Below, in pieces: positions 30,541 to 44,411 of a stretch of 64,000 nucleotides of DNA. How positions within the stretch are numbered: the stretch's first letter is position 1; every line of letters starts with the position of its first letter. Source of the stretch: an uncultured Planctomycetota bacterium. GTDB lineage: Bacteria > Planctomycetota > Planctomycetia > Pirellulales > Lacipirellulaceae. The notes beneath the pieces are model-generated. The model was not told where the DNA came from and searched no databases. It saw nothing but the letters and a program-made list of their open reading frames with translations. A program made the position numbers and the translations under genes. The stretch lies in NCBI GenBank assembly GCA_963719315.1, contig CAVRBU010000003.1:256001-320000 (forward strand). The letters run 5' to 3'.

Positions 30541-32677
30541 TCAACTAACGACGCGTGAAGCGCTTTCCTTTCGGCAATCGGGCAATGACTCGATGAACAG
30601 TCGGCCGTAGGGCTTCGTGACAATCCGCGGGTCGAGGCAGACGACAGTGCCGTGGTCGGTGCGGGTGCGGATCAGGCGGCCGAAGCCTTGTTTGAATTTG
30701 ATGACGGCTTCGGGCAGTTGGTAGTCGCGGAACGGATTGCCGCCGGCGGCGCGGATGGCGTCCAGGCGGGCTTCGAGCAGCGGGTGATCGGGCACGGCGA
30801 ACGGGAGCTTGGCGATGATCACGGTTTGCAGCGCGTCGCCCGGCACATCGACGCCTTGCCAGAAGCTGTCGGTGCCGAACAGGACAGCCCGCGGATCGGT
30901 TTTGAATTGCTCGAGCAGTTGCGTGCGCGGCGTGCCGTCGGCCTGGCTCAGCAGGCGCAGGTTGCGCGACATGAGCCAACGTTGCAGGCCAGCCGACACG
31001 CGACGGAGCATTTCATAACTGGTGAAGAGCACGAACGTGCGACCATCGGTGAGGCCGGCGTAGTGCTCGATGGCGTCGATGCACCGCTTTTCGTAGCTGC
31101 CGCGCTCGGCAGAAGTGGGATCGGGCATGTCGCGGAGCGTGACGAGCTCCGCCTGCTCGCGGTAGTTAAACGGACTGCCGACTTGGACCGCGTCGCATTG
31201 CGTCAGGCCAATGCGCGATTTGAAGAAGTCGAAGACTCCCCGAGAGGCACTGGCAGAGCCAATGGCACCGGAGCGGCCCACTGATAGTGTGGCGCTTGTC
31301 ATGATGACGGACGGTATCTTATCGAACAGTTGCACGCGCAAGGCGGGGCCGATATCGACCGGCGCGGCGGAAAGCGTTAGACGTGGATTGCCGCGGCGGC
31401 CTTCGTAGGATTCGAGCCAGTAGACGGTGCCTTTTTGGGCCTGCGTGCGCCATATTTCGAGTTCGCTGGCGAGGGCCAGCAGCCTGTCGTGCGCGGCGAG
31501 GAAGTCTTGCTGCTCGGATTCATCGCTAAGCTTTTTGCCGGCCGCTTTGAGTAGCCTGGCGAGGATGTCGAGTTCGGGGCTGAGGTGGTTGGCGACGATG
31601 GCGGGGTCGTGGACGCGGAGCGGGCGATTGTTCCGCGAACCCTCCCCCTGCCCCTCCCTAAAAGGGAGGGGAGAATTCCGCGCGCCATTCGTAGAGGTCG
31701 CCGAAGAACATGTCGGCCAGGTGGCGGCAGCGATCGACTTGTTGCTGCTCTTTGCGCAAGCCATGGTGGACGAGCAGGCCCTTGTTCGTGCGGTCGTTGT
31801 ACAGCTTGTTAAGCAGGTACTCGACTTGGCCGCTCGTGACGTTGATGCCCAAGTGGTCGCTGGCGACGGCTTCGATCGTGTGCGCTTCGTCGAGGATCAC
31901 CACGTTGTAATCGGGCAGGATACTCGCGCCGGCGCGGCGGAGCGCGATGTCGCTGAACAGTAGCGCGTGGTTGACAACCAGGATTTGCGCGTGCTGCGCG
32001 CGGCGGCGATCCTTGTAATAGAAACATTGGTTGTAGGTCGGGCAGCGGCGGCCGAGGCAGTTGCCGCTGTCGCTGGCGACTTCGTCCCACACCTGTCCCA
32101 ACGGCCTGAACGAGAGATCGCTGAGCGAGCCGTCGGCGGTGGACTTCGTCCACCTGCGGATTTCGCGGAGTTGATTGAGCTGTTCATCGTCGTTGAACAA
32201 GCTTTGGCTGCGAGCGAGTGCCAGATCGAGCCGCCGCAAGCTGAGATAATTCCGCCGGCCTTTCATGAGCACGGCCGAGAATTCGCGCGGAATCACCGCG
32301 TTCAAGAGAGGCAGGTCTTTACCGATGAGTTGCTCTTGCAAACTAATTGTGTGCGTGGAGACGACGATTTTCGGTCCCACGCGGTCCGGTTTCTCCGAGA
32401 CCGGAGATTTCGCGTCTTCGCCACGGCGAATCGCCGATCGCAGAGACGCGGCTTCGTTTGCTTCTTTTTCGGTTGCCGCCAGGATCGCAGGCACGAGATA
32501 CGCGAAGCTTTTGCCAACGCCGGTGCCCGCTTCCGCCACTAGATGCCGCTTGGCCGCAATCGCCCGCGCCACGGCTTCGGCCATTTCAAGCTGCTGCGGC
32601 CGATGCTCGTAGTTTGAGAGCCGCGCCGCAATGCGGCCCTCCGGGCCCAGAATGTCGGCGGCAGTGAGCGCGTCCAT
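30541..32677 (-). CDS. DinG/YoaA family Fe-S helicase, frameshifted near 31660 inside a REP insertion
   Basis: [29 protein letters not shown]...[39 protein letters not shown]. Confidence 0.9.
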
Positions 32678-32720
32678 TCCGCCAACGTAGCAGACGTACA
32701 CATGCGCGAAAAGCTTGGCG

Positions 32721-33404
32721 TCAGCTTGCGGCCCTGACTTTTCGCCAAGAAAGCAGCAATTGGGCAATGCGCGGCATTACGACTTTCAAGTTCTGATGAT
32801 AGTCGCCGTGTGCGGTTTCGCTCGCGTCGTCAGTTATTCCGCGGATTTCGACAAAGGGAATGCCATTGAACGCCGCCGCGCGGGCCGCGCCACTTCCCTC
32901 TCACGCTACACACGCCGCTCCGGTTACTTTCCGCAATTCGTTCGCACGATTCGAACCCACGATGTCTTCATCACCGCTTGCGATGCGCTCGAACCGCAGC
33001 TTGCCTTCGATGTTTGTTGTCGGAGCTATGGACATCAATTCAGCAAGAAACGCATCGCTTGCCGGATATTCAGGTAGCGGCGATTCAATGAATCGAATGC
33101 AATAGTCATGTTCCACGGTCGTCGACCCAATAACGATATCGCCTACGCGCAATTGTGGATCGATTCCGCCGGCGCCCCCAACGCAGACCACTCCTTCGGT
33201 GTCAGCGGCACGATCGAGCAGGTATTGTGTTTGAAGCGCAAATTGCGCCTTGCCATGTCCGGCGACGGCAAGTGTGAAATTAAGCGGCGGAAGCTTCCAG
33301 ATGCTGACTCGTCCCACATCAGTGGGCGAGCACATATATCCGCCTTGTTCAAATCCCGCACGAAGAGTCTCGAGCTCAACAAGCTGGGGCAAGAGAATCA
33401 ACAC
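32721..33404 (-). pseudogene. 5'-methylthioadenosine/SAH nucleosidase-like (PNP_UDP family) with in-frame TGA at 32901-32903
   Basis: GHGKAQFA, GGAGGI..LRVGDIVI, IASGD, ACVA*EGSGAA....IPFVEIRGITD to TGA 32721. Confidence 0.75.
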
Positions 33405-33422
33405 AGATTTGGTCGCAACAAT

Positions 33423-34259
<837 letters not shown>

Positions 34260-34320
34260 TGGTTCCCTATTCTCAAGACTCTCGAATACTCACAGAGAAC
34301 ACACAGAATCAAGAGAGGAG

Positions 34321-34417
34321 ATTTGTCATTGGTAATCTGTAATTTGAAATTGGTCATTTCAGAAAACGCACACCTCTGATATGGCCAATGACAAATGACA
34401 AATTTGCAATGACAAAT
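34321..34417. repeat. Inverted heptamer-repeat hairpin (ATTTGTC / GACAAAT) between thiS and thiG
   Basis: ATTTGTCATTGG...TGGTCATT ... AATGACAAATGACAAAT...AATGACAAAT. Confidence 0.75.
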
Positions 34418-34450
34418 CTCTTCTTCCTCAGTGTCCTCTATGGCAAATTC

Positions 34451-34651
34451 TCAACCGCCGCCAACAAGCGTGACGACTTCCAGCCGGTCCCCGTCGCGTA
34501 GCGCCGTGCCGGCATGTTGTGCGCGGGGGACAACCTCCAAGTTGAGCTCCACCGCGACGTGCGGCTGCGTGACGCCTAGCTTTTGCAACAACTCTGAAAT
34601 CGAGACGCCCTCCGGAATCTCGAGCGATTCGCCGTTAACTTGGATCATCAT
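34451..34651 (-). CDS. thiS: Sulfur carrier protein
   Basis: MIQVNGE...[10 protein letters not shown]...[13 protein letters not shown] with C-terminal GG; upstream of thiG. Confidence 0.95.
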   Translation of the reverse strand: MMIQVNGESLEIPEGVSISELLQKLGVTQPHVAVELNLEVVPRAQHAGTALRDGDRLEVVTLVGGG

Positions 34652-34659
34652 CCGGGCCC

Positions 34660-35205
34660 TCACTTCGAGTTCGCCGGCTTCGGTTGGTCGCGGACGAAGG
34701 CGGTGCGGAACTGCTGTACGTCGAGCGGTTGGAATTCGCCATACTGCGTTTTGCCGGCGGCTTGCAGGCTCGAGTTCCAGGGAATCGTGTACGCGGCGAC
34801 CTGGCCGGTGCCCGCTTCGGCGACGTAAACAATACTGTCGGCGAACTGAAAATTATTCGTGCCCCGCGGCATGTTGACCGATCCGGTGACCATCAGGTAA
34901 CCCGAGTTACGGCCGGCCCCACCAAAATCGGCGGCGATGTTGCGGGTGTAAAACGAGTTGAACTTGCCGGTCTTGGGGTTGATGACAGCGGCCCGCATGT
35001 CGCCGGTGAGGAAATCGAGGAAGTACAGGGCCTCGACGCCCGAATCCACGAGGCCGGTCGCGATCGCGAACTTATCGATGCCGTGCGTGGCTGAGGCGTG
35101 CAGCGGCGCGCTGGGCCACAGGCCTTCGAGGTTCAAACCGATGACCAGGCCGAGCACGGTGCCCAAGCCGACGTAACCCGCCCGACTGCGAAACAGTTGG
35201 TTCAT
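34660..35205 (-). CDS. Hypothetical membrane-anchored protein
   Basis: N-terminal hydrophobic helix; ends 8 bp before thiS. Confidence 0.7.
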   Translation of the reverse strand: MNQLFRSRAGYVGLGTVLGLVIGLNLEGLWPSAPLHASATHGIDKFAIATGLVDSGVEALYFLDFLTGDMRAAVINPKTGKFNSFYTRNIAADFGGAGRNSGYLMVTGSVNMPRGTNNFQFADSIVYVAEAGTGQVAAYTIPWNSSLQAAGKTQYGEFQPLDVQQFRTAFVRDQPKPANSK

Positions 35206-35291
35206 GCTGTCTCTCCCGTAACTACAGGCGCGAAAAACTTGGCGAGACGATCGCCAATTGCATCGTAGCGGCTCCGGCGGCGGCGGGCCAG

Positions 35292-35897
35292 TCACTTCCG
35301 GGGCGTGGTGTTGCTGTCGGAGTTCGAGTTGGGCAGCGCGGAATCGCCGGCAGCACCGGTCGTGTCTTCAGGGCTCTGCGAACGTGGGTCGCTTGTCGGC
35401 GATTTACTATCCGATTTCTTCGGCAATTGGCCACCGGGAGATGCTGGCATCGAGCGGAGAAAATCCGGCATGTTGAGGCCGGGCAGCGTGGGCATGAACA
35501 GGTTGCCCTGGTAGGCGAACTGCCGGGCGTTGATCAATCCATCCACGATCACCTGCCCATTGACGGCCACGAAACCGATTGAGGCGCCGTGCGCTGGCTC
35601 GGTGCGACCGAGTTTGACCAGCGTGCGGGGTGGAGGGACGGCCGAGGGATCGCCGTCGATGATATCCATGTTGCCATTCAGGTAAAAAAAGCCGGTGCCA
35701 GAACCGGTCGGCTTGGGCTCGCGGCCGATGATCGCCAGCACCCGCGCCGGTTCATTGCCTACCGGCTCGTCTTCGATCCGCAGCTCCTGGCAGACGATCC
35801 GCTTGGTAACGGTGCGGTCCACGAGCTTATCGCGGAGTGCGGCGCCAAGGGCCAGGAACAATAATGGATAGACGACCCAACGTTCGCGTTCAGTCAT
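35292..35897 (-). CDS. Hypothetical protein with N-terminal TM helix
   Basis: MTERERWVVYPLLFLALGAALRDK; co-oriented with neighbours. Confidence 0.65.
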   Translation of the reverse strand: MTERERWVVYPLLFLALGAALRDKLVDRTVTKRIVCQELRIEDEPVGNEPARVLAIIGREPKPTGSGTGFFYLNGNMDIIDGDPSAVPPPRTLVKLGRTEPAHGASIGFVAVNGQVIVDGLINARQFAYQGNLFMPTLPGLNMPDFLRSMPASPGGQLPKKSDSKSPTSDPRSQSPEDTTGAAGDSALPNSNSDSNTTPRK

Positions 35898-35971
35898 GAT
35901 GTGGTGGGGAATGGGGAATGGGGAGTGGGAAAAACAGTTCGAGACTTTGGCTGCCTCCAACAGAATGAATC

Positions 35972-36056
35972 AAACCGCGAAGAACGCCAAGATCGCCAAG
36001 GAAGAATGCATTGTTATTCACTGCCCTATTTGGCGTCCTTGGCGTCATGGCGGTTC
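35972..36056. repeat. Nonamer (CGCCAAG)-type inverted repeat element; second copy at 45537-45679
   Basis: AACCGCGAAGAACGCCAAGATCGCCAAG ... TTGGCGTCCTTGGCGTCATGGCGGTT. Confidence 0.8.
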
Positions 36057-36071
36057 AACTTGTGTGACGTT

Positions 36072-38519
<2,448 letters not shown>

Positions 38520-38531
38520 TCGCGGTTAATG

Positions 38532-38566
38532 AAAAAACCACCCGCCAACGTTTGTCAGCGGGTGGT
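38532..38566 (-). terminator. Rho-independent terminator
   Basis: ACCACCCGC...GCGGGTGGT stem with T6 on the minus strand. Confidence 0.7.
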
Positions 38567-38639
38567 CATTCAGGAAGGGTGGCGTAGCAATACCATTTGG
38601 GAAAGATGCACCGGCTTTCGATTCAACGTCCGAACCACA

Positions 38640-39092
38640 TTAGTAGCACTGTATGTGAAACGCCTCTTCGCCTTCCTTGGCCGCTTCCTCAAGTGCCACA
38701 CGGTAACAGGTAACCTCGAACGACAAATAATAAGCCGGCGCTATTAGGGTGTCGTGCTCAGGAAGGAACTTATCGCGCGATGCGAGTGCTTCAAAGGTAT
38801 TGATGCCTACCGCAAGCGGTATCCATAACATTGTTGCCTCGTGCTTTTTCTTTATCGCCTCAAGCTGCTCGTTGCTGATCTTGTCGAGTTCACCTTCATC
38901 GAACAAGGGGTTGTGCCAGACGAACTGGCTTGGTTCCACGACTCCGAGTTCCCGTGCAGATTGATCCATGAGGTCTACTAGGCGCGGAAAGTTCCTGCCG
39001 AAGACAAACTTGCCGTCCGGGTCCACAGAATGCGGCGCGGCTTTGTCACATACCCTGCCACTCTTGAAATAGAGAGTTGCTTCGCAAGACAC
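38640..39092 (-). CDS. Hypothetical protein (lower GC) downstream of tRNA-His
   Basis: 150-aa ORF with GAAGG before the GTG start and a terminator after it. Confidence 0.6.
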   Translation of the reverse strand: MSCEATLYFKSGRVCDKAAPHSVDPDGKFVFGRNFPRLVDLMDQSARELGVVEPSQFVWHNPLFDEGELDKISNEQLEAIKKKHEATMLWIPLAVGINTFEALASRDKFLPEHDTLIAPAYYLSFEVTCYRVALEEAAKEGEEAFHIQCY

Positions 39093-39252
39093 GTTTCACA
39101 CCTTCCAACACGTGGGAAGTAGTGCGCTAAGTTATGGCCCATCCGGAGCCGCAATTAAGGATAGACTGGCTATCGAATCAAACTATTTCAAAGCACTCTC
39201 GAATGTGGTGGGTCTTTTCTTAAGCGCGCGTTCTATCGGTATCAATGCCAAG

Positions 39253-39327
39253 GGTGGCTAGTGGGGCTCGAACCCACGACCTCCAGATCCACAATCTGGC
39301 GCTCTAACCGACTGAGCTATAGCCACC
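39253..39327 (-). tRNA. tRNA-His (GTG) with encoded G-1; CCA not encoded
   Basis: GGTGGCTATAGCTCAGTCGGTTAGAGCGCCAGATTGTGGATCTGGAGGTCGTGGGTTCGAGCCCCACTAGCCACC folds as a cloverleaf. Confidence 0.97.
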
Positions 39328-39505
39328 GTTGAATTCCATTTATGCGATTATTCGAGTCGCGGAATTCGCCAGTATTCCGATGGGACCAAAAAAGTTGTCT
39401 GAATTTCTTTTAAGCTCAGCTACATTTCGCCTGCTCACACGATACCGCTCGGCGGTTAATACGGCAAGAGTGTAGGCAGCTCGCGGAACGAGCGGACTAA
39501 ACTTT

Positions 39506-40915
39506 CTACCAACTCTCCGCGTAACGGCGATAAGCGACATCGAGGTCACTGAAACTGGTTCCCGTCGCAGTGGAAAGCGACTCCCTATTATCGCGGTCGG
39601 CGTACACCGCTTGCAGGTAGCTTACGAGCGGTTCGCGATAGCGGCCCTGTTCGCCATCGACGAGGAACGCCGCGACGCCGGAGCATTGGCTGTACAGCTT
39701 CGCGATATCCGGATGGCGTTGGACTTCGTCTTTATTCAGCTTCGTCAGCTCGGCTAGCGGAATGTAAAAACCATCGTTCAGCCGCTGGCGCGCTGCCGGC
39801 AGGCGGCCCGCGGTCGCTTCGCCGATCGTGAAGTAGAGACCCGCGTGCGGGTCGTTATGTTCAGTCAGCGTTTCGAAATACGTGGCGACGCCCTCAATGA
39901 CCCAGAAATTGGCGGTCGCCCCGATCTGCTTGGCCGTCGGCCTCGATTCCTGAAAGAGCTGGTGTACCGCTTCGTGATACAACGTAGCGATAGCCGGCTC
40001 GGCGGTCGCTGACACAGCAGTTGTGCGGGCTCGGCCCGAAGCGTGGTTCGCTGCTACGTCGTCGGTGTCGGCCGCGAAAAAATGCGCTTCGTGAAACGCG
40101 TCGAAATAAATGCCCAGTGTCTCCGCAATTCGCGGCTGGCGACGCCGCAGCGCGTCCACATACTGGTCCCGATCGCGATAATAAAACACGCGAAACGGGC
40201 GGGCCTGAATGCGCGCGTTCCGATCGCCGGCGAACAAGCCGCGCACTTCCTTCTCCGTGTAGAAGAAGCCGGCAAACAACTCCCGCCACACCTGGTACAG
40301 CCGCTCCAACCGCGCGGCCAACTCCGCGCCGGCGGCCAGGCTGTGATTGGTCGTCACCAGAAAATGATCGGTGCGAACCTGCCAGCCGTTCTTGATGTCG
40401 GCATGCCGCACGACGTCGGACCGATCGCTGTCGCCCCCTGACTTCGCATCGTTCGCGGCAACCCACCCGCGCTTTGCGTTCCAGATTTTTCCGGCCTCAC
40501 GCATTTTGACGCCATACGGCGTCAGCCATTGCCCATCGCGCCGCTCGTACCCCAACACGCGCCGGGCTTCCTTATGATCCGGATTCTCGCGCAACGTTTC
40601 GGTCGCCCATTGAAACGCGAACGAAAGCTGCCCGGCATCCGCGGCTTCCTTGGCCAGCTCAAACAACGCGGCCGCGTTTTTTATGCGTGCGTCGCTGACA
40701 GCATCGCCCGTTTGGATCACGGGCGAATATTCATCCGGCGCAATAAAGAGCAGCGTCCCAGAAACTGGCGCCGTCGGCCGCCACTCAGGATTCGCGGCGG
40801 CGAATCGCTGGTTTAGTTGTTCGTACTTCGCCTGCAGCTCGGTTACGACGGGCTTGGCGCTTAGCGGCTGTGCCAATAGAAAAGCCGCGACGGTCGCCGC
40901 CTCGATGCATCGCAT
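39506..40915 (-). CDS. DUF1570-like putative zinc metallopeptidase, exported
   Basis: TLYHEAVHQL (HExxH) and WVIEGVATYFE. Confidence 0.75.
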   Translation of the reverse strand: MRCIEAATVAAFLLAQPLSAKPVVTELQAKYEQLNQRFAAANPEWRPTAPVSGTLLFIAPDEYSPVIQTGDAVSDARIKNAAALFELAKEAADAGQLSFAFQWATETLRENPDHKEARRVLGYERRDGQWLTPYGVKMREAGKIWNAKRGWVAANDAKSGGDSDRSDVVRHADIKNGWQVRTDHFLVTTNHSLAAGAELAARLERLYQVWRELFAGFFYTEKEVRGLFAGDRNARIQARPFRVFYYRDRDQYVDALRRRQPRIAETLGIYFDAFHEAHFFAADTDDVAANHASGRARTTAVSATAEPAIATLYHEAVHQLFQESRPTAKQIGATANFWVIEGVATYFETLTEHNDPHAGLYFTIGEATAGRLPAARQRLNDGFYIPLAELTKLNKDEVQRHPDIAKLYSQCSGVAAFLVDGEQGRYREPLVSYLQAVYADRDNRESLSTATGTSFSDLDVAYRRYAESW

Positions 40916-40980
40916 GAATAAGAATAATCCCGACACCAGGAATAACTCGAAGTCAGAGGTTCCCAATCACGTTGACCTAT

Positions 40981-41307
40981 TTAACCGATATCGTCTGGCA
41001 TTAAGTCACGTTGGGCCAGATGGCGAATGCTGTGGACAATCACTTCGCGCTCTCGGATCTCGAACACCGCTCGATGGGTCGCTTTGTTGCGAAGCCCATA
41101 ATGCAATTCTCGAATTTCAACGTCAAGAGCGTCACTTTCTCTGGCAAGATTGCAGCGCTCAGGATGATCGGTTAATGAAGCGAGTGCCCGCTCAAATCCT
41201 TCGAGCCAATGAAATGCCTGTTCCGCAGAGCGATTCTCAGACCACCACCGTGATTGTTCTAGGAGTTGGTGTTTCGCCTGTGGCAAAATCGTCACGTGGT
41301 GAGTCAC
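40981..41307 (-). CDS. RelE/ParE family toxin
   Basis: VTILPQA...SLTDHPERC..ARE...IREL....HRAVFEI....VIVHSIRH. Confidence 0.85.
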   Translation of the reverse strand: MTHHVTILPQAKHQLLEQSRWWSENRSAEQAFHWLEGFERALASLTDHPERCNLARESDALDVEIRELHYGLRNKATHRAVFEIREREVIVHSIRHLAQRDLMPDDIG

Positions 41308-41534
41308 AACTTCGAACCCAACTGCTGACGAATGTCTGCCATTGCCTGCGACAATGGTTCGCCGCGACCCTGCTCGAAGTCGATCATTCCCTGACGAATG
41401 TCGGCAATCGTCGCGTGATAATCGCTCAAAGCATGAAGCGCCACTTGCAATACATCTTCCTCAGTCGCATACATGCCGGTTGCCATATTCTGGTCGATGA
41501 GTTGCTTGATCACAGGCGGAAAGGCGTAGGGCAT
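41304..41534 (-). CDS. ParD-like antitoxin
   Basis: MPYAFPP...ATGMYATEEDVL..AL...IRQGMIDFEQGRG; 4-bp overlap with the toxin. Confidence 0.8.
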   Translation of the reverse strand: MPYAFPPVIKQLIDQNMATGMYATEEDVLQVALHALSDYHATIADIRQGMIDFEQGRGEPLSQAMADIRQQLGSKL

Positions 41535-41733
41535 ATTCTGATCCTCTTCGGAAGCGACGTAACGGCAGCCAAGTGGGCCGGCTCCGATCTGCGAATACAT
41601 CGGGGCACTACAGTTATTATAACACGTCGGGTCCGTCAAAACCGGAACTTCGACACAAGGAAGGCGGTTCGCTCGGCGCTAGCGGCTATGCCAGTACGCT
41701 TCAGCCGAACCCGATCAGCAACCTCCGAGTTCG

Positions 41734-42471
41734 TTATTCGCCCTCCCCTTTCTCCTTCGTCCAGAAGTCCATCACCCGCCCCTTCTCCGCGACGGCCAAT
41801 ATCTTAGCGACAAGTGCCGTATGCGCCGCCGACGAGGCGTATTCCTTCAACCCCTGGGCATCAGTAAACGTGAACATATAACATTGCGTGAAGCCTTCAT
41901 CGTGCTTTTCTGGGCTATTATTCTTACCCCACTCAAACGCACGGATCGTGTCACACTGCGACGGCATCCGCGCGATCGCGTCTTCGACGTCCTTCACCTG
42001 CTCGTCGGCCGCGCTCTCCTTGAATTTCAAAAAAAACGCGTGTTTCAATTCGCGATCCGCGGGCGACTTCTCCGGTTGCCCCCAATAGTCGACGACGAAC
42101 ACCTTATCCAAAAGCGGCCCAAGCGTCGCGCCGAACGCCTTGTGATCTGGATGCGGCAAATACGCGGCCCGGCCGGCCTCATCCGCGAATGTGACGAGGA
42201 AACAATGCGTGAACCCATCATCGAGCCCGGCCTTACTGACGTTCTTGCCGCGCTGGTAGCCCTTGATCGAATCAATCTTCTTCGGCAACGCATCGAACGC
42301 GGCAACAACCTTCTGGACGTCGGCGTCGCTCGTGCCATCCTTGAATTTGAAAAACACAGCGTGCCGCAACACTTTTTCCGGCTCCTTCGAATCTTCGGCC
42401 CGGCACACACTCGCGGCGGACACAACACTTAACATGCACAAGACGAATGCGGTTGGATTTACGGCGTACAT
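41734..42471 (-). CDS. Exported tandem Dabb (stress-responsive A/B barrel) protein
   Basis: LRHAVFFKFK...GFTHCFLVTF...YLPHPDH and a second LKHAFFLKFK...GFTQCYMFTF domain. Confidence 0.85.
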   Translation of the reverse strand: MYAVNPTAFVLCMLSVVSAASVCRAEDSKEPEKVLRHAVFFKFKDGTSDADVQKVVAAFDALPKKIDSIKGYQRGKNVSKAGLDDGFTHCFLVTFADEAGRAAYLPHPDHKAFGATLGPLLDKVFVVDYWGQPEKSPADRELKHAFFLKFKESAADEQVKDVEDAIARMPSQCDTIRAFEWGKNNSPEKHDEGFTQCYMFTFTDAQGLKEYASSAAHTALVAKILAVAEKGRVMDFWTKEKGEGE

Positions 42472-42811
42472 AGCTTCCTCTTGAAGTGGATTAAAAATAC
42501 ACTCTCTCCGTTTGGGAGAGAGTTGGGGTGAGGGGCAAATCACAATTCTCGTCAGCGTAACAGCCCGGGCAACAATTTGCCATGCACTGAAAATGAAACG
42601 GCCGCCCTGCGAGGGCCGCGGGGTGATATTCGCATGATGCCAAACCTTTTGATGCCTGCGCAGAATAATAAGAGTCTGGGAGGGCTCTCCGAGGCAATAG
42701 CCGCGTAGCAATTGAGTTGCCAGATCGGTGTCAGAGACACCTCCCACAGATCATTCTCCGCGCGGGCATCAATAGAATGGGTCTCGCTCCGCGGCGAGCC
42801 CATTCCACTGC

Positions 42812-44341
42812 CTAGCTGAGACAATCCTGGCGTGCATAGTCGTCCAACTCGGTCGACTTACTCAAAGGTCCGCGGAAGCCAATGTAGCCGTCGGGGCGGA
42901 CCACGAAAAGTGCTTTCTCGGTTCCTAGTGAGCGTCGTCCTTCTTTGTCTAATTCGTTGTCCTGTAACGAAACCACCGTCGTGCGCCGAAGCCGAATCGA
43001 GATCTCTCGCCGGTCCGATTCGGTGGCATTCAGCAGCACCGCCAGGTGTTTGCCGTCTGTCCAGTCGCGCAAAAGGGTTGTCGGCTGGCCCGATGTGACG
43101 ATCTCCAAATCGGGCAAGCGATCGCCGGCTTCGAGTTCTCCGTCTCCGCCATAGTCGGCCACGATGGATGAGGACCTGTACTCGATCGCCGTTTCGGAGA
43201 TGAACCCGACCAACGCCTCCTGAACGACGCGTGGTTTGGAGATTAACGGAATCAACAAGTCACGCAGGTATTCGACGACTGTGCTGGACGCGGTCGCGAG
43301 CTTCAATCCCCGTTTCGTGAATTTGAGGAGTGCCTTCCCTACTTCGCCGCGTTCCTCTTCATAACTGTCCAGTAATTTGTCGTCGGCGCCGCGGGCGACA
43401 GCGGCAATTTTCCAGGCGAGATTCGCGGCGTCCTGAATTCCGGTGTTCATTCCCTGGCCACCCACTGGAGAGTGAATGTGAGCCGCGTCTCCGGCAAGAA
43501 ACGCATTCTGTGCCCGGTAATGTCGTGCCTGTAGATCGTTCACGTGGAACGGTGTCATCCATTCCGCGGAATGAGCCTTCACGCGAACTCCCGCGTTATC
43601 GATCGCATGCTGAAAGTCCTCGATCGAGAGTTCACGGCCGTCCATGAACTTTTGCTGGGAATGCAGTGCGACGATCACGCGGGTGAGTTTATCGGTGAGA
43701 CGGGCCATGAATACGACGTCGCCTGCATGAAAATGCAAGCTGAGCTCATCCGCCGGCGTATCTGGTCCGTCAATTTCGAGATCTCCGAGAAAGAACGAAA
43801 GATTCGCTCCTTCGCCCTCGAACGGAATCGAAGCGAGCTCGCGAACCAAGCTATGGGCGCCATCGCAACCCACGATCCAGCGAGGGGCGAAGTGCTCCTC
43901 GCGTCCGTCCGGATGTCGCAGAACGGCCGACACGGCACCTGGCTTTTGTTCGAGGGAGACGAGCTCCGTTTCGCGCTCCGTCCGCACACCTAGCGACTCC
44001 ATCTTTTCATTGAGAATTGCTTCCGTCTTACTTTGAGGGAGGAACAACACGAAGGGGTACCGGCTTGGAATCTGGTCAAAGGCCAAGTTCAGAATGTTTT
44101 TGCCCTCGCTCCAGAAATTGGCATGTAGCACCTTTCTTCCCTGCTCGACGGCCTTCGCCGCGATGCAATATCGTTGAAACTGCTCGAGCGTTCTGGCTTG
44201 CACAACGAGGGCCTGAGAGTGGAGCGCAAGATGGTTGGATTTATCGATGATGCGGACATCCAGTCCGGCCCGCTTCAACTCGATCGCCATCGTCATGCCG
44301 GTTGGGCCGGCGCCAACAACCAGGACGGATGACGTATTCAT
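42812..44341 (-). CDS. FAD-dependent monooxygenase (aromatic hydroxylase family)
   Basis: VVGAGPTG, GCDGAHS, LAGDAAHIHSPVGGQGMNTGIQDA, VRPDGY. Confidence 0.92.
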   Translation of the reverse strand: MNTSSVLVVGAGPTGMTMAIELKRAGLDVRIIDKSNHLALHSQALVVQARTLEQFQRYCIAAKAVEQGRKVLHANFWSEGKNILNLAFDQIPSRYPFVLFLPQSKTEAILNEKMESLGVRTERETELVSLEQKPGAVSAVLRHPDGREEHFAPRWIVGCDGAHSLVRELASIPFEGEGANLSFFLGDLEIDGPDTPADELSLHFHAGDVVFMARLTDKLTRVIVALHSQQKFMDGRELSIEDFQHAIDNAGVRVKAHSAEWMTPFHVNDLQARHYRAQNAFLAGDAAHIHSPVGGQGMNTGIQDAANLAWKIAAVARGADDKLLDSYEEERGEVGKALLKFTKRGLKLATASSTVVEYLRDLLIPLISKPRVVQEALVGFISETAIEYRSSSIVADYGGDGELEAGDRLPDLEIVTSGQPTTLLRDWTDGKHLAVLLNATESDRREISIRLRRTTVVSLQDNELDKEGRRSLGTEKALFVVRPDGYIGFRGPLSKSTELDDYARQDCLS

Positions 44342-44411
44342 GCTCGAGCTCCTTCCTCCGCTGCGCGGTACTCAGAGGCCATCGGACTAAATGCTAAAAA
44401 TCTCCTCCGCG

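Noticed and set aside
28727..30776. dinG duplicate as a diversity-generating retroelement TR/VR pair, with the four-helix protein as Avd
   Set aside because: The differences are mostly synonymous third-position changes and not adenine-specific, and no reverse transcriptase is in the window.
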